Shown here in pieces: positions 29,762-39,600 of a stretch of DNA of 64,000 bases. The stretch is from a virus. The stretch's first letter is position 1. The number at the start of each line of letters is the position of its first letter. The notes below the pieces were generated by a model that was not told the DNA's origin, made no database searches, and worked only from the letters and a program-made list of their open reading frames with translations. The stretch is from IMG/VR virus record IMGVR_UViG_3300020182_002698; one strand, given 5' to 3'. Made by a program: the position numbers and the translations under genes.

Positions 29762-32700
29762 TCAAATATCCCCCCTAGAAACTACCGATGTAAAAATATC
29801 AAGCCATTCTTGATACTCATCTTTGTATTGAGTATTACCATTTATTTTAGTTTTTATAATGGCAATAATCTGTTGTGGAGTCCCTTGTATTGGCTCAATC
29901 TCATATATTTGAGCTAAATATAAATACGCTAAAGCCTTAGGTGTTGTATTAGTCGTTTGAGTTTGTTGAAGTTCATTATCCATCGCCTCAAGTATTGAAC
30001 CCAGTGGGTTAAATGTAGCTCTCATAAAATCGAGCGAATCTTTAATACTTGAAAATGAAGCGATAGGAAATGTTTGTTCGTTAACAATAATACAAGTTTG
30101 AGAGTTGAAATATTGCGTCCTTTGTGTTGGTTTTATTTCTCTACTTGTAACCAAATCCATTAAATTATTATTATACACATTTTGCCTAACTGGTAGGTTA
30201 TGAGTAGCAATTCCATATATGAAAAATTTTAATTTATTGTTTGTGAATTGGTTGTTATTTACGTATTCTTTTACTTCTTGTCCATTAACAGTAGTTGGTG
30301 TCATATCAACAAATGTCTTATCACTATATTTAGTTAGTGATTTACATTTTTCTTCAGGGACTTGACTAACATTTTTGGATTCAGATAATGCAATTGTATT
30401 ATTTGTTTTTCCTGATGGGTTATTAACTTCAATAGACCTTAACTTCTTTTGATATAGGCCTAACAATTCTCTGTTTACACTGGCAACCAATTTATCTGGT
30501 TTTGGGAATGAGTATTTAGGCATTCTTACCCCTTCAAAATTAGTCGTGAATCCCCTCGTACTTATACTATGATTAACATTCATTATATAATATGGACCGT
30601 AAAACATAGGTACATTTGTTAGGTTAAAGTACATAGTCGGTTGTATCATAACATTACCTAAAGACTGTACCTGACATGTATAACTTCTAGATTTATAAAA
30701 ATTATAAAGTGATTGAGTTTGTTGTGCAACCTTTTGACCTGACGCCTGCGCACCTAATTGTTCTAAGACCCCAAATGTCGGTCCAATATTTTTATGTTGA
30801 TTCATGTCAATAGATACTGAGTTAAATACTCCTTGGTTTCTTTTACCAAAGTCTACTTGAAACCCAACACATCTATTACTATCCGAATAATTATCTTTAT
30901 TTTGTTGATTTTCTCTCAATGGACAGTCTGACGGGTTAGTAATATCAAATGAGTCATTACCTTTCCTAATATTTTTATTTTGTTCCATACCTAAATTTTC
31001 TGATGGAGGTCCCATCCATATCCCTAACATTTTTGGTCTACTGTTTCTCGCATCGACCTCCATGAATGTTCCAAACAAATCATTCGGTATATCTTGTGGG
31101 AAAGGTTCCCCTTTTTTTACTCTATCATCTCTACCATAAAAGTTTGTATATGCCGGTGTTGGCATAAAAACAAAATTATTTTTTTCATATATTGTCCCAA
31201 GTAAAGAATATACGGTAGTTTTATCATTTCTACCTCTTAAATACCCCTCAAGTTCTTTAATATTTATCACAATTTTATCCCCTATAGGTCTGTTGGCCCG
31301 GTCTAAAAATAAAAAATCTTCAAATATAGTTCTAGTTTTAAAATCTTGTCCAGACACCCACTTATCATTTAGTAGTTGGAACGATTTCCATAACTCTAAC
31401 TTAGGTACATTTCCATCAATTTTTGAAATTCTAAGCGCGTCATCCGTGACCGAAACAGAGGGTAATTGTCTGTTTAGTTTAATAAAAATATTATTTAATA
31501 TATTCTGTTGGAATTTTTCCTTACCTATAAGTGCGTCATTTAAATCTTTTATGAATTTACTCTTATTGTATGTGTTGTCTTGTGATTTTTTAGCTGCGTA
31601 TATTTTTATTAGGGATGATAAGTTTACAACGTTACTTTCGTTGAATTCGTAATCCATGTCTACGAAAAAATCTGTTAAATACGAACCATTATCAGAGTAT
31701 TTAAATCCGACCTCACTAAACTCTCCCACATTTAGATACATAGAGTTCCATGCGTCTGTGTAATTTCCCCTACTTTCACCTAAAGTAGTACTTCCACTTT
31801 GTGTTGGTAAACTGTTAGGGATGTATGTTTTAAAGTCATAAGGGTCCTTAATCATTTGATTACTGACTGTGGTTATTGAGCCGTAAACTTTATTGTCATA
31901 TTTTCCCGGATTTCCTATTTTTAATACAACTTCACGATATAACGCCTTTTCAATATGATAATTTAAAAAAGTAGTTAATTGCCCGTCACTTATATTCTTA
32001 AGGTCTTCATCTATGTTATTGGTTATTGTTGGCTTATCGATGATAAATAGTGACTTCATAACCGTAGATAAATTTATATTGTATCCGTTAACGTTTAATC
32101 CGTTAAATGTAGATGGTATGTTGTTATATATCCTTTCTAATTCTAGTATCCTTTCATTATCTATTTCGACAGGACCCATACTTAATTCTACAAACTTTTC
32201 AAATGTAGTTTCACCTCTATTTACCTTATTAATGTTATATTTAGTATCTACTTCACAAAAGTTTAAGAAGTAAGACTCAAAATTATCCAACATTTCTTTT
32301 GTGAATACTCCAAATATATCGTCTATAGATGAGTATTGTAAAGTATCTGAATTACTTATATTAAACGGTTGAGTGTTTTTATTTTCGGGGTCTATATTTT
32401 TAATGTACTGTAATGGTGTTGGTTTATTTACCATTTCATTAGAAAAATACCCGAAGTTAGATGACGCCCAAAAAGACCTGACACTTCCATTATAAATAGA
32501 ATTATTAGTTGTTAAATTCTGTTTATATTTACCCTGATTATTAAAACATTCAAACTCCGCTTGATTAAATTTAACATCACCAAAAGACGGTATAATTAAT
32601 ATCTTATCTTCTTGGTTTTCTCTAAAATCATAATTTCCTTTTATGTTAAAGTACTGTGACCAACTGTTCATATTGTATTGACCCCTCGTATCTCCGCTAG

Positions 32701-35700
32701 ATATTATTTTATCTATACTTCCATTATCTGAATTACCTATTTTTAAATTTTTCTCAGTTTGTGCGGTTTGTATTTCATCTGAAGTGTAAGACGTAAAAAT
32801 ATCTTTTTTAGTGAAGTAGTAATATAGTTCGTTTATTACCTTTGGATAAAATCCATTTTCTACTTTCTTAGTGACGTATGGGTATGTTATATTTAACACC
32901 TCATTAGGTATAGGGGAAATATCTTCCACTATAGTTCCGCTCACCTCCTCTAATTGTTTTATTGTAACGTTATTCCCACCATAATCTTCAAAAGTGTATG
33001 ACTTAGATGTATCTCCTCCAATAGGGTCATACGCAAATTTATAGTCAAAGTCTTTCCATACATCATCTAAAATGTCGACACCACTCTCTTTATATTCTTT
33101 ATATCTATGCCATATGGAACCATATTTTAATATCCAATAATAAGGGACTTTATGTACTGAAGAAAATTTATTTAATGTTGCAAAAATATAGTTTAAATCT
33201 GTAGTGACATTATTATTGTATGATTTAAATTTTTCTTTTAATGTTGTTAGAGGTAAGGAATTTAAATATAGATACCCTAAAGCCACGTATGGATTTTCTA
33301 TTTCATTTTTTTCATTTTCAACTCCTTTAAGAATTGCGTTAGTAAAATAAGGCGTATTTAATAATGACGTGGTTTGAGTTTTAGTTATAAAGTTTTTGGT
33401 AGTATCGTAATTATTACCGTATTCTAAAGTAGATTCTGTAATTATAAATTTTTCTTTTGTTCTATTATTATAATAGTTAATTACTTGATTATTAGTCTCA
33501 AATATATTTTCACTGTTACTGTTTGGATTTGGATTAATTTCCGAAACTTCTTGGTTAGGTGAGGTAGACGTGTTTGTTATCCATTCAAAATATGAAAACA
33601 TTTTTTTATCATATGTTTCGTCCTCATTAGAAAACGAAGCTATTGTCTTTTGGTCCTCGTTAAATGAAAACATTTTAGAAGTGTCGTTACTAATTCTTAT
33701 AGAATTGACTTTACTCCCTTCCGATAGATTGTTTTGTAACCAAGTAAGGTTATTAAATGGATAACCATCCGTAAATGTTAACTCGTCTGATTGATTTGAG
33801 TTAAGATATTTTATCAGTTTATCACTACTCTCACTAGACGAGGATACCCTAATCGAATTACCCTCTAAATATGAAAGTTTATAAACCCCAAAATCTTGAT
33901 TTATTAAAGACTTAATATATGGGGTAGTAAAATCACCCCTGTTAAATAAATTCCAACTCTGACCCTGTCCGTTATTAGAAATACTTCTCATGTATTTTAA
34001 TAAGTTTTCGTAACTGAATGAAAAGTTTTTTAATAGTTCAATTAATTCAGGAGATTTTACTACCGATTCTTGTAAATTAATGTATTCAAAATCACTGAAA
34101 ACACTATACAATTCATTATTATAACCACTTTCTCTATATAATTTAGTGTAGTTAGAATTTAAAAAAGTTCTTTCAAATAATTCGTAAAAAAATGAAACAA
34201 TCCTTAAATCATTATATGGCTGTCCTTGAAATGGGAACTCAATGGCGTTACAACTAATAAATGGGTTTTCTTTAAGTTCGTTGGGATAGTTAAAACCTAA
34301 TGTTTGATTTTCAATCTGTACCGACCCTTTAACAAACTCTTCAACAAACTGTATTTCAGGCCACACACTATATTTCCACCCTTGTACTTTATTAACTTCC
34401 GACGAGTCGCCAGGATATTTGTCTTCATATAGCTCGTTACCATCCTCATCTATAGAGGTTACAAAATATTGAGGCCACGGGTATATTGTTGGTGAATCTT
34501 CTTTTTCAGTTCCGTAAGCACTTAACCCATTTAATAAGGCGTTTACCATAGTTGTCTCTGTTCCTTCCGATTTTTCGGGTGACATAATGGCACCAACTCT
34601 AATGGGGTCTTTTCTTTTATCCCAAGCATCATCGTGAACTTTATCCATTAACCTTAAAAATCCGTCTGCGGATGCACATATCACAGCCATAACGTTATTT
34701 ATTGTAGGGTTAAATCCTAAACCAACATCAGGAGACTTTATTTTTTCGGCTAAAGCATAAGAAATTGTTTCTTCAACTTGTTGTTTTTTAGTTTCAAAAT
34801 TATCTTGTAATTCTTCTAATTTTCTTAAAAAACTATTTTTAGTTAAATTGTTAGAATTATTTTGGTCTCCAAATACAATATACTGATTTAATAAAGAATC
34901 TTCTTCGACTGTCAATGTTTCCGCGTTAACAACTGTAGGTGGCACCGCAAGTTCCTTTATAATCACATTATTTTTAAAGTCGGATAACTCTAACTCAGTA
35001 GGCGTCGCTTTGTATCTTAACTCATATGTATTATTATAATCCACTTCCGATTCTGTCGGTTTTTGTTTCTTAAAGTCAGATATCTTAATATCACAATTTA
35101 ATGAAGTCTCTATTTTTTTTCCATTCACTTTCACACTCCCATTAGTACCAAAAACAGGATTTTCATTAAGTATGGTATTGTATTTTTTAATTATACTTTC
35201 TAAGTTTGAGATTGAGTCTTTTCTTTTTTGTAGTTTTTCGTTTTTTCCTCCGTTATTTTTTATGGGATATAATATAGGTGAGTTTGGTGTTCTGTCTATT
35301 AAACCTAACCTGTTACTAATGTTTTCACTAAACCAATTATCCGTAAATAACCCATATATTTGATTCCTATATTCTGTAATCGTGTTTGAGTATTTTTGAA
35401 TTTCAGTTAGTGGAGACATATCTTCCTTACCATAGGCCTCCATAACATACCTTTCAAAATTTTGTAGTTTCATTAACATTTGATTAATTGTTAACTCTGG
35501 AAAATTATCTTCTATGAGTCCTTTGGCTTTGTAAGCGGAGTAGACCTCTTTAATTGTGTCGTAACCTTTTGTGGATTTTATTTGACGTAATTCTTGTGTA
35601 TCCAAACCTGGTTGACTACTAGTCTTATTAGTTCCTATTGTTGTAGTCCTACTGTACATATGTGGTAATGCAAATAACGCCTCTATTGGAATGTCCGATA

Positions 35701-36376
35701 ACATTGCATATGTTCGACTTATAAAATTGGTACTGATTTTATAGTTACCTGAAGATGGTTCAAATCTAGCGTTAAAATCTTTTAACATTAACTCATACCT
35801 AATAGCCTTACCATAGTATCCTTTAAGTGTTAATGTAAATAATGGATATGGGAACTGAAAGAATGCACTATACGGTGAGTTTTCTCCTTGTTCAAATAGA
35901 ACTCTTCCTTGCACATCCTCCATTTCAATACTAACTATAGCAGCAAAAGACGCATTAACTTTAACTGAAATATTAGTAATTCCTAACATTTGACTGTCAG
36001 CGTCCCCACCTCTATTTTGACCTAAAGTTAAATTATCAGTCCATGAGGTATCTAAGTAATCGTCTTGCGTTTGAGATTGACCATTATTAACGGTCTGAGG
36101 TTTCATAAAATTTATAACAGTAGACTTATCTTGGTCTAACGCCCCTATTCGTATATTTTCAATAGTATCCTGAAAATTACTACCCACAACTAATTTACTT
36201 CTAGGTATAACTTTAGTCTCTAAATTAGCGTACATAACTAACTCTTCTTGGTTGATTAACCGTTCAGATACTGTACCATCACTATCAACAACTTTATTTG
36301 GGTCTATAATTATTATGTTGTCATAGTCTGTTTCTACATATACGTCTTGATTGTTAAAAAATTTGTTACCTGCCAT
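29762..36376 (-). CDS. Giant baseplate hub protein (gp27/gpD/VgrG-like fold with large insertions)
   Basis: 2204 aa. C-proximal YTCQVQSLGNVMIQPTMYFNL...FYGPYYIMNVNHSISTRGFTTNFEGVR resembles the hub C-terminal motif. Follows the LysM/gp53-like gene as in contractile-tail gene order. Confidence 0.6.
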   Translation of the reverse strand: MAGNKFFNNQDVYVETDYDNIIIIDPNKVVDSDGTVSERLINQEELVMYANLETKVIPRSKLVVGSNFQDTIENIRIGALDQDKSTVINFMKPQTVNNGQSQTQDDYLDTSWTDNLTLGQNRGGDADSQMLGITNISVKVNASFAAIVSIEMEDVQGRVLFEQGENSPYSAFFQFPYPLFTLTLKGYYGKAIRYELMLKDFNARFEPSSGNYKISTNFISRTYAMLSDIPIEALFALPHMYSRTTTIGTNKTSSQPGLDTQELRQIKSTKGYDTIKEVYSAYKAKGLIEDNFPELTINQMLMKLQNFERYVMEAYGKEDMSPLTEIQKYSNTITEYRNQIYGLFTDNWFSENISNRLGLIDRTPNSPILYPIKNNGGKNEKLQKRKDSISNLESIIKKYNTILNENPVFGTNGSVKVNGKKIETSLNCDIKISDFKKQKPTESEVDYNNTYELRYKATPTELELSDFKNNVIIKELAVPPTVVNAETLTVEEDSLLNQYIVFGDQNNSNNLTKNSFLRKLEELQDNFETKKQQVEETISYALAEKIKSPDVGLGFNPTINNVMAVICASADGFLRLMDKVHDDAWDKRKDPIRVGAIMSPEKSEGTETTMVNALLNGLSAYGTEKEDSPTIYPWPQYFVTSIDEDGNELYEDKYPGDSSEVNKVQGWKYSVWPEIQFVEEFVKGSVQIENQTLGFNYPNELKENPFISCNAIEFPFQGQPYNDLRIVSFFYELFERTFLNSNYTKLYRESGYNNELYSVFSDFEYINLQESVVKSPELIELLKNFSFSYENLLKYMRSISNNGQGQSWNLFNRGDFTTPYIKSLINQDFGVYKLSYLEGNSIRVSSSSESSDKLIKYLNSNQSDELTFTDGYPFNNLTWLQNNLSEGSKVNSIRISNDTSKMFSFNEDQKTIASFSNEDETYDKKMFSYFEWITNTSTSPNQEVSEINPNPNSNSENIFETNNQVINYYNNRTKEKFIITESTLEYGNNYDTTKNFITKTQTTSLLNTPYFTNAILKGVENEKNEIENPYVALGYLYLNSLPLTTLKEKFKSYNNNVTTDLNYIFATLNKFSSVHKVPYYWILKYGSIWHRYKEYKESGVDILDDVWKDFDYKFAYDPIGGDTSKSYTFEDYGGNNVTIKQLEEVSGTIVEDISPIPNEVLNITYPYVTKKVENGFYPKVINELYYYFTKKDIFTSYTSDEIQTAQTEKNLKIGNSDNGSIDKIISSGDTRGQYNMNSWSQYFNIKGNYDFRENQEDKILIIPSFGDVKFNQAEFECFNNQGKYKQNLTTNNSIYNGSVRSFWASSNFGYFSNEMVNKPTPLQYIKNIDPENKNTQPFNISNSDTLQYSSIDDIFGVFTKEMLDNFESYFLNFCEVDTKYNINKVNRGETTFEKFVELSMGPVEIDNERILELERIYNNIPSTFNGLNVNGYNINLSTVMKSLFIIDKPTITNNIDEDLKNISDGQLTTFLNYHIEKALYREVVLKIGNPGKYDNKVYGSITTVSNQMIKDPYDFKTYIPNSLPTQSGSTTLGESRGNYTDAWNSMYLNVGEFSEVGFKYSDNGSYLTDFFVDMDYEFNESNVVNLSSLIKIYAAKKSQDNTYNKSKFIKDLNDALIGKEKFQQNILNNIFIKLNRQLPSVSVTDDALRISKIDGNVPKLELWKSFQLLNDKWVSGQDFKTRTIFEDFLFLDRANRPIGDKIVINIKELEGYLRGRNDKTTVYSLLGTIYEKNNFVFMPTPAYTNFYGRDDRVKKGEPFPQDIPNDLFGTFMEVDARNSRPKMLGIWMGPPSENLGMEQNKNIRKGNDSFDITNPSDCPLRENQQNKDNYSDSNRCVGFQVDFGKRNQGVFNSVSIDMNQHKNIGPTFGVLEQLGAQASGQKVAQQTQSLYNFYKSRSYTCQVQSLGNVMIQPTMYFNLTNVPMFYGPYYIMNVNHSISTRGFTTNFEGVRMPKYSFPKPDKLVASVNRELLGLYQKKLRSIEVNNPSGKTNNTIALSESKNVSQVPEEKCKSLTKYSDKTFVDMTPTTVNGQEVKEYVNNNQFTNNKLKFFIYGIATHNLPVRQNVYNNNLMDLVTSREIKPTQRTQYFNSQTCIIVNEQTFPIASFSSIKDSLDFMRATFNPLGSILEAMDNELQQTQTTNTTPKALAYLYLAQIYEIEPIQGTPQQIIAIIKTKINGNTQYKDEYQEWLDIFTSVVSRGDI

Positions 36377-36683
36377 AATAGAAGAAGTGAGTGTCTAATG
36401 CCTTTTTATAATCTTGTAAAGAATTTACCAAAGGAAAGGGTATAATTAAAACTGACCCGTCACTAATGTTGTTTTCCAACCCACCATATTTTGGGTTAGC
36501 CATTAATATTAACCAACCAAAATAAGGAGTACCATAAAATTCTTGGCTTAATTTATCTAACCTACTCTGTGTCACTTTATAAATAAATTTTTTATCTGTG
36601 GGTTTTGCAGGTAATGACACAAACGGTACAACCGTTTGTTTTCCGTTGATTAAGAAGTCTTGATATCTGTCGTAGTATCTCAT
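36366..36683 (-). CDS. Baseplate LysM-like wedge protein (P2 gpX / T4 gp53-like)
   Basis: YKVTQSRLDKLSQEFYGTPYFGWLILMANP matches the gpX/gp53 LysM-like motif. Confidence 0.8.
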   Translation of the reverse strand: MRYYDRYQDFLINGKQTVVPFVSLPAKPTDKKFIYKVTQSRLDKLSQEFYGTPYFGWLILMANPKYGGLENNISDGSVLIIPFPLVNSLQDYKKALDTHFFYYGR

Positions 36684-39600
36684 TAGTTAAATGTATATTT
36701 TCCGTTAAATTCTAAGTCTGTCCCTGAGTTTATACCATCAGTAAATATTGTATTAAAATAAAACACTTGATTGCTGTCAGCCTGCGATTGTGGTTTTTGT
36801 ATGTACGTAAAGTTTCTTTCTTTTTCTAAATTAAATGGATTATACAATGTAAATTTCTGAGAGAATCCAAACTTTAAAGAAGATATTTCTAGGTCGGACG
36901 AACGTTTTAATTCTTTATATACGTCAACCAATCCTGACTGTCCATCAATCGTTATCGGGTCTTGTCCGTCAAGTGATTCTGATGTGTTAGGGATTATTAA
37001 CGTATCAAAACCGTATAGAATTTCATTTATATATTTTACCCAATCCTCTTTAAGTATAAGCTCTTCACCTAAAATTGTTTTTTTAACAGATTCAGGGTCA
37101 TTTAATATGTTAAAATACGATGCAGTGCAAAATCTTGTTTGTGGTTCAGTATCATAGTCTTCAGATAAAAACCCTTGATAAAGGTTGTCTTTCCTTGGGT
37201 ATTTTCCAAGTTCATCATCAAATAGAATATTATAGAACGCCTCTAAATCTCCCGCAACTGTTTGTATGTCCGCAATCATTTCTAAATTTGTATTTGCCTG
37301 TGATGATGATGGGTCAACAGTACTACTACCTGAGAGTTCAAAAATATCTATACTTCCTGTTTTATTTTTATACCCATCCGTATTTGCCGTAATTAAATTT
37401 GAAATATCGTTTTGTCTAACAAAATCGGTCTGAACATTTAATAAGTCCGTAATTTTACTGTTAAAAATACTTTGAAATACTCCCATCCTTAGATTAATAA
37501 AAGATTTTAGATTTTTTTTGAATTTTTTAACATCGCTGTTTTTGAAGTTTTGTTTGTCAATATTAGTAAATGGACTCTTTAAGAAAGGATTTAAATTGTT
37601 ATCAATATCTTCTATTAATTTAGTTTTAAGGTCGGATTCTTTATCTTGTAGTTTAATTGGTTTACCAAAAATTCTTGTAGTAAATCCATCGGAACCGCTT
37701 AGGTATCCAGTTGAAGTTCCATTGGTATAGAGTCTATCTTGTGTGAAGTAACACACACCAATCTTAGATTGTAATCTGCTTATTGTTTCTAAAGAACTAA
37801 TTACATTTTGTACATATGCCTGAGATTTTAAAACATAATCTTTCATAAATGATTTATAGTTAATATCACCCGTTAAAAAATCTTCAACCTCTGTAGACGT
37901 TACCTGTCCTATAGTTTCGCCAGCCTCTTCGGTCCTTTCAACTTTCCCGTCTTTAACTGTAAAGTTACTATTCGCCTCTATTTTATCTAACTCGGACCTA
38001 TCCAAATCTGTAGTATCTTCTGTAGGTACTGAACGTTCATCATATATTTCAGTATTACCAAAATAATTAAATGAAACCGCATTTTGTAATCTACTAACAG
38101 GTTCTTTAAGACCTTGTCCCCCTATAAAATTAAATGACATATTTATATCGGCAATCATTGGTTGAACTCCTATACCTTCCGGATTTAAATCAAACGTTAA
38201 TGGTTCATAATTAATACTCATTTGTTGTATAACAATTTTAGTATGATAAAAATCACCTATTCTTAATATACAAATAGGTGGTGAACCAAACGCAGTATTT
38301 TTTATATCTCCCTGTCTAGGTTTACCGTCTTCACCTATTACCGGTATTGTGTCTCCGGGTCTTAAACATTGTTGTAAAAAAGTAAGACGTGAGTTTAGTC
38401 CTTCAGGTGTTATTGAGTGAAATGTCGGATGAAAAAAACTAAGTTTATCTTTTATTCCTTGATATACTTGTGGTGAGTCCTCTTTCATTTTGTTGAAGTA
38501 GTCGCACTCGGTTAGTAATTTTTTGACTATTATCTTAGCAACATTTCTTTTTTCTCTCACTTCTTTGGCTTCTATTTGTCTTTGAACTTCCGTCTTACCT
38601 GTAACGGTTTCAGTTATAATTGTTTCTTCAATAATAGGCTCTAAGTCTTGTGGATTGGGTTCTGGTGGAATTTCCTCAATTGTAGTAGCAAAGGAAACCG
38701 CTCTACACCCCATAGCTGCTGTGGAATATATTTTGTCAGCTCCTGTTAATTCTTCACTACACGAAACACCATTAATATTTGTGTTTTCACCTACGGTCAC
38801 TTCAATAATATTTAACTTATCTTGATGCTTGTCTAAATCTGAAAAACTTAAAATATATTTTTTTACTGAGTCTACCCTTCTTTTACTTAAGGATAAATTG
38901 TACGCATCACTATTAGGTGAAGAGGCGGAACCCTCTAATTTTATATTAACTATAGCTCCCTTATCAATCGCTTCTTTTATTTTAACACATAATTCTTTTG
39001 TTTTTTGTTCAATATTAAAAATATTTTCTTGGAAGAATACTCCAGTAGGTTCTTTTTGGTCCTCATCGGCGTATGTATAATAATTCGCTTGATTAAGAAT
39101 ATATGCGGATAAATTAGACGAGTAAGACTCTTCGGTGGTGGTTGAGTTTGCGTTTTGGGGGCCAGGAACATCATTGTCAAAGTAGAACGAATAACTATAA
39201 TCATTTGTAGTTATTATGGGTGTATATTCTTCAATGACGGGCTCTGTGGTTGTTATCTGAGTGCTTTGTATTTCATTTTGAAAATATTCATAGTCAGTGA
39301 CATTTTGTGTTGTAGTCACAATATCATATATATCTTTAAGAGTAAACTGAGGAAACCTCTGAGCTAATTCGTAAATATCATATTTTCTACATCCTGCAAA
39401 GAACGAATCAACAATATCATTTATCTTTTGGTTGTCTTTCCCGTCTAATTCTTTATCGACTATAGCGTTCAATATTGATGGGTGGTCAACAACTATCTTC
39501 CAGTTTAAATTACCCTGTCTAGTCGTGTAATTATATGTGTAAATGGGTTCAGGTCTTCCTAAAAATTGATTTGTAGTCCAGTCAGCACTATTTTGTTCAC

